Counted from the first letter of the stretch, positions 1 through 13,669 are shown. The stretch: DNA of 64,000 nt from Escherichia coli (GCF_009931435.1 NZ_CP043414.1), one strand, 5' to 3'. Notes: a model not told the origin generated them from the letters alone. Translations and numbers: made by a program.

Positions 1-581
1 GCATCATCAAACCAAAGCGTGATGGGCAGAATATGGTGTTGATAATTAACGCCGTTCAGCGACTGTTCGATTTCATCTGGCGGTAAAAAGCGATTAGCAT
101 GCGGGCGCTCGTCCACCGCCTGCCACGCCTGATGCAGTTCGGGGAGCGATCCCTGCACCAGCGTGGTAAACGCGACCACGCCTCCGGGGCGCACCACGCG
201 ATACAGCTCGCGAAGTGCCGTGGATAAATTACCGCACCACTGCACCGCGAGATTGCTCCATGCAAGATCGAAGGTTGCAGTCGCTAACGGCAGGGATTCG
301 ATATCTCCCGCCAGATAATGGTCTGCGGCATCCTTCTGGCGTGCCTGAACAAGCATTGGCGGCGAGAGATCTAACGCTGTCACCTGCGCGTGACGTTCCC
401 GCCAGTGGCGACTCATCCAGCCAGGTCCACAACCCGCATCCAGTACGTGGGTGTATTTACGCTGTGGGAGCATTGCCAGTAAGACGTCAGCACTCTGGCG
501 CTGTAGATCCGCATGTTGCTCATAATGTGCGGCTGCCCGACCAAATGCCGCAGCAATGGCTTGTTTATTAACCGTTGCCAT
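1..581 (-). CDS. bioC: malonyl-ACP O-methyltransferase BioC, C-terminus cut by window edge
   Basis: Minus-strand ATG at 579-581 reads [38 protein letters not shown], open to position 1; start lies 11 nt downstream of bioF stop. Confidence 0.9.
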   Translation of the reverse strand, partial: MATVNKQAIAAAFGRAAAHYEQHADLQRQSADVLLAMLPQRKYTHVLDAGCGPGWMSRHWRERHAQVTALDLSPPMLVQARQKDAADHYLAGDIESLPLATATFDLAWSNLAVQWCGNLSTALRELYRVVRPGGVVAFTTLVQGSLPELHQAWQAVDERPHANRFLPPDEIEQSLNGVNYQHHILPITLWFDD

Positions 582-1722
582 GCAGCACCTCCAGCAGACG
601 GTCGATATCCTGCATTTCATGCGCGGCGGTTAGCGTTAAGCGCAGTCGCGCAGTACCAGCGGGTACGGTTGGCGGGCGAATCGCCGTGACCCAGCAGCCT
701 TGCTGGCGCAGTTTTTCTGCCAGTTGTAACGCACGGCTGTTATCACCGACAATCAATGGCTGGATGGCGCTGTATGAATCAGCAAGCGTAAACGGCAAAT
801 CCTGTACTCCGGCACGAAAACGCGTAATGAGTGCCGCCAGTTTTTCGCGCCGTGCATCACCCTCATCACTGCGAATGACCGCCAGCGACGCACGTAATGC
901 CTGCGCCTGAGCGGGCGGCATACTGGTGCTGTAAATAAGATGGCGGGCAAATTGCAGTAGATAATCCGCCACCGTATCGGAGCAAAGCACCGCTGCCCCG
1001 CTGACGCCAAATCCTTTGCCAAAAGTCACCACCAGAAGTTCCGGTTTCACCTGCTGTTGCCAGCAGCTACCGCGCCCCTGTTCACCGATCACGCCCGTGC
1101 CGTGGGCATCGTCGACCATCAACCAGCCGTTGTGCTGTTGCGTTACCTGCTGGATTTCCGCCAGTGGCGCACTATCGCCGTCCATGCTGAACACGCCTTC
1201 TGTCACCACCAGTTGCTGCCCCGGACAGGGGGAAGCAAGCAGTCGCGCCAGATGAGCGACATCGTTATGGGTAAAACGGCGAAGCTGCGACGGGCTTAAA
1301 CTGGCAGCTTCCAGCAATGAGGCGTGACTCAGCCGATCGGCAACAATACGGTCCTCTTTCGCCGTCATCGCGGTAATGACTGCCTGGTTAGCGGCAAAAC
1401 CAGAGATAAACAGCAGTGCCCGCGAATAGCCCAGCCACTCGGCCAGTTCTTCTTCCAGCGCCTGATGCGCCACGCTATAACCGCTGACGTGACCGGAACC
1501 GCCGCTACCGACGCCAAATTGCTCCGCACCCTGCTTCCATGCACGGATGATGTGCGGATGATGACTTAAACCTAAATAATCGTTACTGGAAAAGTTCAGA
1601 TACTGGCATTCATCCGCCACCAGCCAGCGTCCGGCCCCTTGCGCCACCGGATAACGGCGACGCAGGGCATCGGCAGCACGCCGCGCATCGAGCGCCGCGT
1701 TGATTTTCTCCTGCCAGCTCAT
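568..1722 (-). CDS. bioF: 8-amino-7-oxononanoate synthase
   Basis: 384 aa ORF, PLP aminotransferase class II signature, length matches K-12 BioF, 4-nt overlap with bioB. Confidence 0.95.
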   Translation of the reverse strand: MSWQEKINAALDARRAADALRRRYPVAQGAGRWLVADECQYLNFSSNDYLGLSHHPHIIRAWKQGAEQFGVGSGGSGHVSGYSVAHQALEEELAEWLGYSRALLFISGFAANQAVITAMTAKEDRIVADRLSHASLLEAASLSPSQLRRFTHNDVAHLARLLASPCPGQQLVVTEGVFSMDGDSAPLAEIQQVTQQHNGWLMVDDAHGTGVIGEQGRGSCWQQQVKPELLVVTFGKGFGVSGAAVLCSDTVADYLLQFARHLIYSTSMPPAQAQALRASLAVIRSDEGDARREKLAALITRFRAGVQDLPFTLADSYSAIQPLIVGDNSRALQLAEKLRQQGCWVTAIRPPTVPAGTARLRLTLTAAHEMQDIDRLLEVLHGNG

Positions 1723-2759
1723 AGTGCTGCCGCGTTGTAATATTCGTCGGTGTCCGGGGTCATCAGCGCCTGTTCAAGACGTTGCTGTTGTTCGTTATCG
1801 CCCGCCAGCACTGCGGTTTGCTGCGGATTTAACCCCAGTTTGCGGAACAGTTGCAGGTCTTTATCTTCTTCCGGATTCGGCGTGGTCAGCAATTTGCAAC
1901 CGTAGAAAATCGAGTTTGCGCCAGCCATAAAGCACATCGCCTGAGTCTGTTCGTTCATCTGCTCGCGTCCGGCAGAAAGGCGCACGTAAGAGGTCGGCAT
2001 CATGATCCGCGCGACTGCAATAGTGCGAATAAAATCAAAGGCATCGACATCATCGTTATCTGCCAGTGGAGTGCCTTTCACCTTCACCAGCATGTTGATT
2101 GGTACGCTTTCCGGCGGCGTCGGCAGGTTTGCCAGTTGCAGCAATAATCCAGCGCGATCTTTTACCGTTTCGCCTAAACCTACAATGCCACCTGAACAGA
2201 CTTTGATCCCGGCATCACGCACTTTTTCCAGCGTGTCGAGACGTTCCTGATAAGTGCGTGTGGTGATGATATTGCCGTAAAACTCCGGCGAGGTGTCGAG
2301 GTTGTGGTTGTAGTAATCCAGCCCGGCATTCGCAAGGCGCTGCGCCTGAGATTCACTCAACGTGCCCAGCGTCATACACGCCTCCAGGCCCATCGCTTTT
2401 ACCCCCTGCACCATCTGTTCCAGGTACGGCATGTCGCGTTCGTGGGGATTCTTCCACGCCGCGCCCATACAGAAACGTGTCGATCCCGCCGCTTTCGCTT
2501 TTCGCGCCGACTCCAGCACCTGTTCAACTTCCATCAACCGCTCAGCTTCCAGTCCGGTTTTATAACGCGAGCTTTGCGGGCAGTATTTGCAATCTTCCGG
2601 GCAAGCTCCGGTTTTAATTGACAGCAAAGTACTGACCTGCACCTGACGAGGATCGAAATGCTGACGATGCACCTGCTGCGCTTCAAACAGCAGATCCAGC
2701 AACGGTTTTTCAAATAATTCTGTGACTTGCGACAATGTCCAGCGTGGGCGGTGAGCCAT
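1719..2759 (-). CDS. bioB: biotin synthase (radical SAM)
   Basis: 346 aa ORF with CxxxCxxC radical-SAM motif ([10 protein letters not shown]), divergent from bioA. Confidence 0.95.
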   Translation of the reverse strand: MAHRPRWTLSQVTELFEKPLLDLLFEAQQVHRQHFDPRQVQVSTLLSIKTGACPEDCKYCPQSSRYKTGLEAERLMEVEQVLESARKAKAAGSTRFCMGAAWKNPHERDMPYLEQMVQGVKAMGLEACMTLGTLSESQAQRLANAGLDYYNHNLDTSPEFYGNIITTRTYQERLDTLEKVRDAGIKVCSGGIVGLGETVKDRAGLLLQLANLPTPPESVPINMLVKVKGTPLADNDDVDAFDFIRTIAVARIMMPTSYVRLSAGREQMNEQTQAMCFMAGANSIFYGCKLLTTPNPEEDKDLQLFRKLGLNPQQTAVLAGDNEQQQRLEQALMTPDTDEYYNAAAL

Positions 2760-2801
2760 GGGGCTTCTCCAAAACGTGTTTTTTGTTGTTAATTCGGTGT
2801 A

Positions 2802-2841
2802 GACTTGTAAACCTAAATCTTTTCAATTTGGTTTACAAGTC
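2802..2841. promoter_or_regulatory. bioO: bio operator (BirA binding site) in divergent bioA/bioBFC promoter region
   Basis: 40-bp dyad: gacttgtaaacc (2802-2813) and ggtttacaagtc (2830-2841) are exact reverse complements. Confidence 0.8.
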
Positions 2842-2845
2842 GATT

Positions 2846-4135
2846 ATGACAACGGACGATCTTGCCTTTGACCAACGCCATATCTGGCACCCATACACAT
2901 CCATGACCTCCCCGCTACCGGTTTATCCGGTGGCGAGCGCCGAAGGTTGCGAGCTGATTTTGTCTGACGGCAGACGCCTGATTGACGGTATGTCGTCCTG
3001 GTGGGCGGCAATCCACGGCTACAATCACCCGCAGCTCAATGCGGCAATGAAGTCGCAAATTGATGCCATGTCGCATGTGATGTTTGGCGGTATCACCCAT
3101 GCGCCCGCTGTCGAGCTGTGCCGCAAACTGGTGGCAATGACGCCGCAACCGCTGGAATGCGTTTTTCTCGCGGACTCCGGCTCCGTAGCGGTGGAAGTGG
3201 CGATGAAAATGGCGTTGCAGTACTGGCAAGCCAAAGGCGAAGCGCGCCAGCGTTTTCTGACCTTCCGCAATGGTTATCATGGCGATACCTTTGGCGCGAT
3301 GTCGGTGTGCGATCCAGACAACTCAATGCACAGCCTGTGGAAAGGCTATCTGCCAGAAAACCTGTTTGCTCCCGCGCCGCAAAGCCGCATGGATGGCGAA
3401 TGGGATGAACGCGATATGGTGGGCTTCGCACGTCTGATGGCGGCGCATCGTCATGAAATCGCGGCGGTGATCATTGAACCGATTGTTCAGGGCGCTGGCG
3501 GAATGCGCATGTACCATCCGGAATGGTTAAAACGAATCCGCAAAATGTGCGATCGTGAAGGTATCTTGCTGATTGCTGACGAGATAGCCACCGGTTTTGG
3601 TCGTACCGGCAAACTGTTTGCCTGCGAACATGCGGGGATCGCGCCGGACATTTTGTGCCTCGGTAAAGCCTTAACCGGCGGCACGATGACCCTTTCCGCC
3701 ACGCTCACCACGCGCGAGGTTGCGGAAACCATCAGTAACGGTGAAGCTGGCTGCTTTATGCATGGGCCTACTTTTATGGGCAATCCACTGGCCTGCGCGG
3801 CAGCAAACGCCAGCCTGGCCATTATCGAATCTGGCGACTGGCAGCAGCAGGTAGCGACTATTGAAGTACAACTGCGCGAGCAACTGGCTCCTGCCCGTGA
3901 CGCCGAAATGGTTGCCGATGTGCGCGTGCTGGGAGCGATTGGCGTGGTCGAAACCACTCGTCCGGTGAATATGGCAGCGCTGCAAAAATTCTTTGTCGAA
4001 CAGGATGTCTGGATACGACCATTTGGCAAACTGATTTACCTGATGCCGCCCTATATTATTAGCCCGCAACAGTTGCTGCGCCTGACCACAGCGGTTAACC
4101 GCGCGGTACAGGATGAAACATTTTTTTGCCAATAG
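2846..4135 (+). CDS. bioA: adenosylmethionine-8-amino-7-oxononanoate aminotransferase
   Basis: ORF 2735-4135; start placed at internal ATG 2846 ([19 protein letters not shown]) giving 429 aa as in K-12. Confidence 0.93.
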   Translation: MTTDDLAFDQRHIWHPYTSMTSPLPVYPVASAEGCELILSDGRRLIDGMSSWWAAIHGYNHPQLNAAMKSQIDAMSHVMFGGITHAPAVELCRKLVAMTPQPLECVFLADSGSVAVEVAMKMALQYWQAKGEARQRFLTFRNGYHGDTFGAMSVCDPDNSMHSLWKGYLPENLFAPAPQSRMDGEWDERDMVGFARLMAAHRHEIAAVIIEPIVQGAGGMRMYHPEWLKRIRKMCDREGILLIADEIATGFGRTGKLFACEHAGIAPDILCLGKALTGGTMTLSATLTTREVAETISNGEAGCFMHGPTFMGNPLACAAANASLAIIESGDWQQQVATIEVQLREQLAPARDAEMVADVRVLGAIGVVETTRPVNMAALQKFFVEQDVWIRPFGKLIYLMPPYIISPQQLLRLTTAVNRAVQDETFFCQ

Positions 4136-4193
4136 CGGGAAGTCAGCGTGAGGGTTTCTGGCTACACTTTCTGCAAACTAGAAAGGAGGGTTC

Positions 4194-4670
4194 ATGAAAC
4201 TCATCAGTAATGATTTACGCGATGGCGATAAGCTGCCGCATCGTCATGTCTTTAACGGCATGGGTTACGATGGCGATAATATTTCACCGCATCTGGCATG
4301 GGATGATGTTCCTGCGGGAACCAAAAGTTTTGTCGTCACCTGCTACGACCCGGATGCGCCAACCGGCTCCGGCTGGTGGCACTGGGTAGTTGTTAATTTA
4401 CCCGCTGATACCCGCGTATTACCGCAAGGGTTTGGATCTGGTCTGGTAGCAATGCCAGACGGCGTTTTGCAGACGCGTACCGACTTTGGTAAAACCGGGT
4501 ACGATGGTGCAGCGCCGCCGAAAGGCGAAACCCATCGCTACATTTTTACCGTTCACGCGCTGGATGTAGAACGTATTGATGTCGATGAAGGTGCCAGCGG
4601 CGCGATGGTCGGGTTTAACGTTCATTTCCACTCTCTGGCAAGCGCCTCGATTACTGCGATGTTTAGTTAA
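4194..4670 (+). CDS. ybhB: PEBP-family protein YbhB
   Basis: 158 aa ORF, AGGAGG Shine-Dalgarno 7 nt upstream, PEBP-like sequence. Confidence 0.9.
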   Translation: MKLISNDLRDGDKLPHRHVFNGMGYDGDNISPHLAWDDVPAGTKSFVVTCYDPDAPTGSGWWHWVVVNLPADTRVLPQGFGSGLVAMPDGVLQTRTDFGKTGYDGAAPPKGETHRYIFTVHALDVERIDVDEGASGAMVGFNVHFHSLASASITAMFS

Positions 4671-4821
4671 TCACTCTGCCAGATGGCGCAATGCCATCTG
4701 GTATCACTTAAAGGTATTAAAAACAACTTTTTGTCTTTTTACCTTCCCGTTTCGCTCAAGTTAGTATAAAAAAGCAGGCTTCAACGGATTCATTTTTCTA
4801 TTTCATAGCCCGGAGCAACCT

Positions 4822-6105
4822 GTGAACACATTTTCAGTTTCCCGTCTGGCGCTGGCATTGGCTTTTGGCGTGACGCTGACCGCCTGTAGCTCAACACCGC
4901 CCGATCAACGTCCTTCTGATCAAACCGCGCCTGGTACCTCTTCTCGCCCGATTCTGTCGGCAAAAGAAGCGCAGAATTTCGATGCTCAACACTATTTTGC
5001 GTCCCTGACGCCAGGTGCTGCAGCGTGGAATCCTTCCCCGATTACTCTGCCTGCACAACCTGACTTTGTTGTCGGTCCGGCGGGTACTCCGGGTGTAACG
5101 CATACCACGATTCAGGCGGCGGTAGATGCGGCAATTATCAAGCGTACCAATAAGCGCCAGTATATTGCCGTGATGCCTGGTGAATATCAGGGAACGGTGT
5201 ATGTCCCTGCCGCTCCGGGTGGAATTACCGTTTATGGTACAGGTGAAAAACCGATTGATGTGAAGATTGGGCTTTCCCTTGATGGGGGCATGAGCCCTGC
5301 CGACTGGCGTCACGATGTCAATCCGCGCGGCAAATACATGCCCGGTAAACCGGCATGGTATATGTACGATAGCTGCCAGAGCAAACGCAGCGACAGTATC
5401 GGCGTTCTCTGCTCTGCGGTCTTCTGGTCACAAAACAATGGCCTGCAACTGCAAAACCTGACCATCGAAAACACGCTGGGTGATAGCGTAGATGCGGGTA
5501 ACCATCCGGCGGTGGCACTGCGTACTGATGGCGATAAAGTGCAGATCAACAACGTCAACATTCTCGGTCGTCAGAATACCTTCTTTGTGACCAACAGCGG
5601 TGTACAGAACCGTCTGGAAACCAATCGTCAACCACGTACGCTGGTGACGAATAGCTATATTGAAGGGGATGTGGATATCGTTTCTGGTCGCGGCGCAGTG
5701 GTGTTCGATAATACCGAATTCCGCGTGGTGAACTCCCGTACCCAGCAAGAAGCGTATGTGTTTGCACCGGCTACGCTGTCTAACATCTATTACGGTTTCC
5801 TCGCCGTAAACAGCCGCTTCAATGCTTCCGGTGATGGCGTGGCGCAACTGGGCCGCTCGCTGGATGTTGATGCCAATACCAACGGTCAGGTGGTGATCCG
5901 TGATAGCGCCATCAACGAAGGTTTTAACACGGCTAAACCGTGGGCCGATGCGGTGATTTCCAATCGTCCGTTTGCGGGTAATACTGGCAACGTTGATGAT
6001 AACGACGAAGTACAGCGTAATCTGAATGACACTAACTACAACCGCATGTGGGAATACAATAACCGCGGCGTGGGTAGCAAAGTGGTTGCAGAGGCGAAGA
6101 AGTAA
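4822..6105 (+). CDS. ybhC: outer-membrane lipoprotein YbhC (pectinesterase-fold acyl-CoA thioesterase)
   Basis: 427 aa ORF with GTG start and lipoprotein signal peptide ending in lipobox LTAC. Confidence 0.9.
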   Translation: MNTFSVSRLALALAFGVTLTACSSTPPDQRPSDQTAPGTSSRPILSAKEAQNFDAQHYFASLTPGAAAWNPSPITLPAQPDFVVGPAGTPGVTHTTIQAAVDAAIIKRTNKRQYIAVMPGEYQGTVYVPAAPGGITVYGTGEKPIDVKIGLSLDGGMSPADWRHDVNPRGKYMPGKPAWYMYDSCQSKRSDSIGVLCSAVFWSQNNGLQLQNLTIENTLGDSVDAGNHPAVALRTDGDKVQINNVNILGRQNTFFVTNSGVQNRLETNRQPRTLVTNSYIEGDVDIVSGRGAVVFDNTEFRVVNSRTQQEAYVFAPATLSNIYYGFLAVNSRFNASGDGVAQLGRSLDVDANTNGQVVIRDSAINEGFNTAKPWADAVISNRPFAGNTGNVDDNDEVQRNLNDTNYNRMWEYNNRGVGSKVVAEAKK

Positions 6106-6119
6106 AAGCGATTAACTTT

Positions 6120-6322
<203 letters not shown>

Positions 6323-6337
6323 TTCACATGGCGCTTT

Positions 6338-8599
6338 TTACATCTGACGGTTTTTATTGAAGTTAATCAAACTACCCGCCTTGATAATCTCGCGCTCTTC
6401 AGCAGTCAGACTTTCCATATAGAGCGTAATCTCTGTTACCGGCGCATCTTCATGGATCACATAACCTTTAAACGTCGTCCCCGGATTATCCAGCGCCGCT
6501 TTAATGCCAGGGATGTAAATGTAATCGCCCACTTCAAAGTTCGGTGCTTCCGCCATTTGCAGCGGTAACATCCCCCAGTTGATGACGTTAGAACGGTAGC
6601 GTTTAGTCGCGTATTCCTCGGCAATATTCGCCAGACCGCCAATCACACGCTGGCAACTCGCCGCCTGCTCACGCGCAGAACCATCGCCTGGTTTCACCGC
6701 ATAGACCATGCTGCCAATTTCAGTTTGCAGCGGATCAATATGCTCCTGACCAGCAATCTGCTTAATGCGCGCAAACACCTCTGTCAGCTCGCTGACATTG
6801 CCCGCCAGACGCTGATTTTCCAGCTCGGCAGTCGCTTTACTTCTGCCAACATAGCCCGGATCACGGCGTAACAGGGTAAACTCCGCCAAACCAATCGGAT
6901 TTGAACGATAAGAAGAGGTTTCACCGGAAGGAATCAATTCGTCGGTGGTGGTCACTTCGTCGAGGATCTTCGAGCACACTTTGAGGACGATATTGTCAGT
7001 CAGCGCCCCCAATTCCGGCCAGTCTTTGATGTTCGGTCCGTAGATCAGCGATTGCTGGGTCGCCCCTTTCACAAAGCCCTGATAGACGCGATTTTTATAC
7101 GGCGTGACATCGAAGGCATACTCCGGCACGATGTCCCAGCAGTCCAATTCACTTGCAGAGGTTAAATAACCACCGTTTGCGGCTGTTGCAGCGATAGAAC
7201 GGGCATCCATCAACGCCACCGCTGACATCTGACCGTTGGCTGGCTTAGAGCCTTCGCGATTCGGGAAGTTACGCGTGGTGTGGCGAATACTCAAACCGTT
7301 GTTGATTGGCGTGTCGCCCGCGCCAAAGCATGGGCCGCAGAACGCGGTTCTGATGATTGCGCCTGCGCCAATCAAATCTGCTACCACGCCTTTTTTGGCT
7401 AAATCCATAAACACCGGCTGTGATGATGGATAAACCGCCAGCGAGAAGGTGTCATTGCCACAGGATTGACCGCGCAGCGCATTAGCTGCAGCGATAACGT
7501 TTTCATAGTTACCGCCAGAACAGCCCGCGATAATCCCCTGCTGCACTTTCAGGCGACCATTTTCGACTTTATCCAGCAATGAGAGTTTGGCTTTCCCGTG
7601 CGCCACGCGCTCGGACTCAATTTCAATCTCACGCAGAATGTCAGTCAGGTTCTGGTTCAGCATGTCGATTTCATACACGTTGCTCGGGTGGAACGGCAGC
7701 GCAATCATTGGTTTGATGGCACTCAAATCAACGCTGATGCAGCCATCGTAGTACGCCATCGGTTGAGGGTTAAGCTGACAATAATCCTGGCCGCGACCGT
7801 GCAGCGCCAGCCAGTTATGGACTTCTTCATCAGTTTGCCAGACAGAACTTAAACAGGTCGTTTCAGTGGTCATAACGTCAACGCTGTTACGGAAATCGGT
7901 AGAGAGCGCCGCAACACCGGGACCTACGAATTCCATCACTTTGTTTTTGACGTAGCCGTTTTTGAACACGGCACCAATGATAGCCAGCGCCACATCCTGC
8001 GGCCCCACATACGGCGCAGGTTTTCCGGTCAAATGCACCGCAACAACTCCCGGATAGTCGATATCCCAGGTGTCATTAAGCAGCTGTTTTACCAACTCAC
8101 CGCCACCCTCACCGACTGCCATTGTCCCTAATGCACCGTAACGGGTGTGGCTGTCTGACCCGAGGATCATTTTGCCGCCTCCTGCCATCATCTCACGCAT
8201 ATATTGATGGATGACCGCAATATGTGGAGGCACAAAAATACCGCCATAACGCTGCGCTGCCGATAAACCAAAAACATGGTCATCACCGTTAATGGTGCCG
8301 CCGACGGCGCAGAGTGAGTTATGGCAGTTGGTCAGCACATACGGCAGCGGGAAACGTTCCATACCGGACGCTTTAGCGGTCTGTACAATACCAACAAAGG
8401 TAATATCGTGAGAGGCTAATGAATCAAACTTAATTTTAAGTTTGTCCATATTTCCGGACGTATTATGAGAAGAGAGAATAGACCAGGCAATAGTGCCTTT
8501 TTTGGCTTCTTCTTTTTTAATTTCGCCGCTGAAATGTTCTTCGGCAATTATTTCGTTATTACTGGCGAGAAACACGCCTTTTTCAGATAACTTGATCAT
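6338..8599 (-). CDS. ybhJ: aconitase-family protein YbhJ
   Basis: ORF 6338-8623 (761 aa); start placed at Met9 ([10 protein letters not shown]) giving 753 aa as in K-12. Confidence 0.88.
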   Translation of the reverse strand: MIKLSEKGVFLASNNEIIAEEHFSGEIKKEEAKKGTIAWSILSSHNTSGNMDKLKIKFDSLASHDITFVGIVQTAKASGMERFPLPYVLTNCHNSLCAVGGTINGDDHVFGLSAAQRYGGIFVPPHIAVIHQYMREMMAGGGKMILGSDSHTRYGALGTMAVGEGGGELVKQLLNDTWDIDYPGVVAVHLTGKPAPYVGPQDVALAIIGAVFKNGYVKNKVMEFVGPGVAALSTDFRNSVDVMTTETTCLSSVWQTDEEVHNWLALHGRGQDYCQLNPQPMAYYDGCISVDLSAIKPMIALPFHPSNVYEIDMLNQNLTDILREIEIESERVAHGKAKLSLLDKVENGRLKVQQGIIAGCSGGNYENVIAAANALRGQSCGNDTFSLAVYPSSQPVFMDLAKKGVVADLIGAGAIIRTAFCGPCFGAGDTPINNGLSIRHTTRNFPNREGSKPANGQMSAVALMDARSIAATAANGGYLTSASELDCWDIVPEYAFDVTPYKNRVYQGFVKGATQQSLIYGPNIKDWPELGALTDNIVLKVCSKILDEVTTTDELIPSGETSSYRSNPIGLAEFTLLRRDPGYVGRSKATAELENQRLAGNVSELTEVFARIKQIAGQEHIDPLQTEIGSMVYAVKPGDGSAREQAASCQRVIGGLANIAEEYATKRYRSNVINWGMLPLQMAEAPNFEVGDYIYIPGIKAALDNPGTTFKGYVIHEDAPVTEITLYMESLTAEEREIIKAGSLINFNKNRQM

Positions 8600-8654
8600 C
8601 AAATGCTCCAGATATCTGCGCACCGTTAAGTGCGCAGAAAGATAATAAATGGAT

Positions 8655-8779
8655 ATACTCTAAATAATTCGAGTTGCAGGAAGGCGGCAAGCGAGTGAAT
8701 CCCCAGGAGCTTACATAAGTAAGTGACTGGGGTGAGCGAACGCAGACGCAGCACATGCAACTTGAAGTATGACGAGTAT
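8655..8779. repeat. ERIC (IRU) element between ybhI and ybhJ
   Basis: Contains gtgaatccccaggagcttacat and aagtaagtgactggggtgagcg, the two ERIC primer core sequences. Confidence 0.75.
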
Positions 8780-8781
8780 AT

Positions 8782-10215
8782 TTACAGCATGTTCCAGCCG
8801 ATCAGCATATTCCACCACCACACGCCGAGGGTGATATGTACCAGGAAGGTTAATATCGTCAGTACCGCACCGACCAACCACCAGGATTTAATATCGTTAT
8901 AGCCTACGCCGAAGATGACCGGACCTGCCGCACCGCCATAGTGAGTAACCATGCCGCCATAGGAGTTGGAGAAAAGCAGCGCCAGCGCAGTTAACATTAA
9001 CGGTGCGCCGGAGACGTTCGCCAGCATGGCAAATACCGGTAACATGGCAACGATATAGGCACTACCGGAAGCAAAGAAATAACGCACGATGATGCTAAGG
9101 AAAATAATAACGAAGAAAGCTACGTTACCATGGCCGTCAAATGCCAGGTTATTTTTAAAGACTTCAGCTAACCATTCGAAGAATTTAACTTTCGATAATA
9201 AGGAGCTTAAGCCGATAATACCGCCGTACCAGATTAAGGTATTCCAGCCGCCTTTATTTTTCACCACGTCTTCCCAGGTAACGATCCCCAGCAGCAGCAT
9301 GGTCGCCATAACAACGATTGCCACAGTGGATTCATCTACCCCGAGCGTTTTACTGAAAATCCAGCCCAACAGCGCCAGCACAAAGACACCGAGCAGCATT
9401 TTTTCGCGGATTTTCATCGGCCCCAGTTCAGCAAGGCCCGCTTTGGCGATGGTTTTGTTATCCACTTTCTTAATTTCTGGCGGATACATGGTGTAAATCA
9501 CCAGCGGAGTGACCAGCAGCATAATGATGCCCGGCAATCCAGCAGCCAGCGCCCATCCACCCCAACTAATTTGTAGGTGCAGAATATCATTGATCATTTT
9601 CAGCGCCAGAATGTTCCCCGCCATTGCGGTAAAGAACATATAGCTGGTGGTTTTAGTGACCATGTAAATGGACATCATCAGGTAATGTCCAACACGACGT
9701 GGGCTTTTTTCAGGTTCTGACCCCAAAGCCACCGCCACGCTGTTGATGATCGGTAACACAATGCCGCCCGCACGCGCGGTGTTAGACGGTGTTGCCGGAG
9801 CCAGTACCAGATCGAGGAATACCGTAACGTAACCCAGCCCCAGGGTAGTGCTACCAATTTTGCCAATCAATAAATAGGCAATACGTTTACCTAACCCTGT
9901 GGTCACAAATGCGGCGCTTAAGGTAAACGCCGAGAACACCAGCCAGGTGGTACCTGAAGAGTAACCGCTTAATACGGCGGTAGTCTTAAATGCACCATCG
10001 GATAAATTACCGACCACCACCATTGAGGCAGCAACGGCAATTAACAGTACGACAGGTTCCGGGAAAGGCTTGATAACCAGCCCGACGATTGCTGCCAGGT
10101 AAATACCAAAAAGCACCCACGCCAGTTCGCTTAATCCTGCCGGAGCTGGCATAAAGCCAATAATACATGGGATCGCTAATATCAGAATTAGCTTCCATAA
10201 CGATTTTTTATTCAT
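8782..10215 (-). CDS. ybhI: DASS-family anion transporter YbhI
   Basis: 477 aa polytopic membrane protein ORF. Confidence 0.9.
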   Translation of the reverse strand: MNKKSLWKLILILAIPCIIGFMPAPAGLSELAWVLFGIYLAAIVGLVIKPFPEPVVLLIAVAASMVVVGNLSDGAFKTTAVLSGYSSGTTWLVFSAFTLSAAFVTTGLGKRIAYLLIGKIGSTTLGLGYVTVFLDLVLAPATPSNTARAGGIVLPIINSVAVALGSEPEKSPRRVGHYLMMSIYMVTKTTSYMFFTAMAGNILALKMINDILHLQISWGGWALAAGLPGIIMLLVTPLVIYTMYPPEIKKVDNKTIAKAGLAELGPMKIREKMLLGVFVLALLGWIFSKTLGVDESTVAIVVMATMLLLGIVTWEDVVKNKGGWNTLIWYGGIIGLSSLLSKVKFFEWLAEVFKNNLAFDGHGNVAFFVIIFLSIIVRYFFASGSAYIVAMLPVFAMLANVSGAPLMLTALALLFSNSYGGMVTHYGGAAGPVIFGVGYNDIKSWWLVGAVLTILTFLVHITLGVWWWNMLIGWNML

Positions 10216-10289
10216 TTAAAATCCTGTTCTTTCTGTATGACTTATACAGAAGTCCTTTGTTAATTGCCCTTATCACGACAACGACCTTT

Positions 10290-11342
10290 TCAGGGAAGAT
10301 AAACTTCACCGGAAAATATTTTTCTGGTCGTCCGAATAACAGATGCGCGTAAGGTTGTGGCATCCTGACCTTCATTGCTTAAATGAACGTCGAGCGCACC
10401 ACTGGGATGTTCAATATTGATATTGCCATATCCTACAGAAGGGACGATTTGTCGGGTGACGGTGCCTTCCAATGCACAGCTACTGGAAATGGCAATAGCA
10501 CCGGTTATCGCCAGCGCACGATGGCAGGAGTGCGGCATAAAATAACGCACATTAATTGCCCCGCCTTTCTGCGCAGGAGAAATAAGCACAGGTTTAGGGA
10601 TAACCATATTACTGACATCACCTAAGCCCATTGCTTTACCCGCTTGTAGGCGGATAGATTCAATGCGGGCTAATAATGTTTTGTCGGCATCCAGTTCCGC
10701 CGGTAATTCATAGCCTGTTTTACCCAAATAATCAGCCGGAATAATGACGACTGGCATCGCCATATCGATACAGGTCACTGGAACATCGTCAAAATAATCA
10801 ATCTGATTATCAGTCGGGAAGACTTTTCCGGTTTTTGTTCCGGCGGCATTCAGGAAAGTGAGCGCAACCGGTGCGGCAGTACCCGGTACGCCGTCAATTC
10901 TGGCGTTACCCTCGTACTCGACAACACCATTTGGCGTTTGCACATCAGCTTCGATGAACGTACCCGTATTGACGTTGCGGATACATACGCGGGTAACTGG
11001 CGAAGTCGCTGCAATCAAACCATTTTCAATAGCAAATGCCCCAACGCCAGACAGCATATTGCCGCAGTTAGGCGTGGTATCGACACGTTGCTCATGGACG
11101 ATAACTTGAGCAAACAGATAATCGACATCAGCACGCGGATCGCTGGAACGGCTAATTATGGCGACTTTACTGGTCAGTGGATTACCGCCGCCAATACCGT
11201 CAATTTCCAGATCGTTACCGGAACCCATAATTGCCATCAATATTTTATCGCGCTGCGTTTGATCTTCGGGTAGATGTTCCGCTAACAGGAACGCGCCCCT
11301 CGAGGTTCCACCTCGCATCATCACGCAGGGTATTTTTTTCAT
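10290..11342 (-). CDS. ybhH: PrpF/AcnD-accessory family isomerase YbhH
   Basis: 350 aa ORF, first gene of ybhHIJ, divergent from ybhD. Confidence 0.9.
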   Translation of the reverse strand: MKKIPCVMMRGGTSRGAFLLAEHLPEDQTQRDKILMAIMGSGNDLEIDGIGGGNPLTSKVAIISRSSDPRADVDYLFAQVIVHEQRVDTTPNCGNMLSGVGAFAIENGLIAATSPVTRVCIRNVNTGTFIEADVQTPNGVVEYEGNARIDGVPGTAAPVALTFLNAAGTKTGKVFPTDNQIDYFDDVPVTCIDMAMPVVIIPADYLGKTGYELPAELDADKTLLARIESIRLQAGKAMGLGDVSNMVIPKPVLISPAQKGGAINVRYFMPHSCHRALAITGAIAISSSCALEGTVTRQIVPSVGYGNINIEHPSGALDVHLSNEGQDATTLRASVIRTTRKIFSGEVYLP

Positions 11343-11525
11343 AATAATGCCCTCAATTTAAAAACATAACTTATTGCGATATGGTTACATTAAGGGCAAA
11401 GCATCTCTAATGACTTTAGCTCAACGATTAATAACATTTTTTCATTAATTTAAGTTGGCTAAATGCAGTTAAAATTTTTAACGGCCTGTCATCCAAAATC
11501 GTCGCATCCATTTTTCGGAGTAATA

Positions 11526-12479
11526 ATGAAGCATGAATTATCAAGTATGAAGGCATTTGTCATACTGGCAGAGTCCAGTTCATTTAACAATGCTGCTAAA
11601 TTACTCAATATTACGCAACCTGCATTAACGCGAAGAATAAAAAAAATGGAAGAGGATTTACATATTCAACTATTTGAGCGTACAACTCGCAAGGTTATGT
11701 TAACAAAAGCAGGAAAAAGGTTGCTCCCGGAGGCGCGGGAATTAATAAAGAAATTCGATGAAACGCTTTTTAATATTCGTGATATGAATGCTTATCATCG
11801 TGGTATGGTGACGTTAGCGTGTATTCCGACCGCAGTATTTTATTTTTTACCACTGGCAATCGGTAAATTTAATGAGCTGTATCCCAATATTAAAGTGCGG
11901 ATTCTGGAACAAGGCACGAATAATTGCATGGAATCGGTGCTGTGTAACGAATCAGACTTTGGCATAAACATGAACAACGTCACAAATTCATCCATTGATT
12001 TTACCCCACTGGTCAACGAGCCGTTTGTGCTGGCCTGTCGGCGTGACCATCCATTGGCCAAAAAGCAGCTTGTAGAATGGCAGGAGTTAGTAGGTTACAA
12101 AATGATTGGCGTACGCTCCTCCAGCGGCAACCGACTTTTGATAGAACAACAGCTGGCCGACAAGCCCTGGAAGCTGGACTGGTTTTACGAAGTGCGTCAT
12201 CTTTCGACGTCATTAGGACTGGTGGAGGCGGGACTGGGGATTTCGGCGCTTCCTGGTCTGGCAATGCCCCATGCACCCTATTCTTCGATTATTGGTATCC
12301 CGCTGGTGGAACCGGTTATACGTCGGACATTGGGGATTATTCGCCGCAAAGATGCCGTGCTTTCTCCGGCAGCAGAACGCTTTTTTGCCTTGCTGATTAA
12401 TTTGTGGACTGACGATAAAGACAACTTGTGGACCAATATCGTCGAACGCCAAAGACATGCGTTACAGGAAATGGGGTAA
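11526..12479 (+). CDS. ybhD: LysR-family transcriptional regulator YbhD
   Basis: ORF 11463-12479; start placed at ATG 11526 (MKHELSSMKAF) giving 317 aa; N-terminal HTH. Confidence 0.88.
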   Translation: MKHELSSMKAFVILAESSSFNNAAKLLNITQPALTRRIKKMEEDLHIQLFERTTRKVMLTKAGKRLLPEARELIKKFDETLFNIRDMNAYHRGMVTLACIPTAVFYFLPLAIGKFNELYPNIKVRILEQGTNNCMESVLCNESDFGINMNNVTNSSIDFTPLVNEPFVLACRRDHPLAKKQLVEWQELVGYKMIGVRSSSGNRLLIEQQLADKPWKLDWFYEVRHLSTSLGLVEAGLGISALPGLAMPHAPYSSIIGIPLVEPVIRRTLGIIRRKDAVLSPAAERFFALLINLWTDDKDNLWTNIVERQRHALQEMG

Positions 12480-12519
12480 TACTCCGGCGCAGGAGATACT
12501 GCGCCGGGTGAATCAGCGG

Positions 12520-13551
<1,032 letters not shown>

Positions 13552-13669
13552 CTAAAATTAGTCGCTTTTGGCGGTGAATGCTGAATTAAAACGCAGAATT
13601 TTGTCCGATAGTGGTATCGGTGTACCATTCGCGCAGACGAAAATTCTTAACCTTAATCTGGAATACGCC

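Noticed and set aside
215-571. 118 aa plus-strand ORF at the window start
   Set aside because: Antisense to bioC, whose minus-strand frame matches the known BioC N-terminus.
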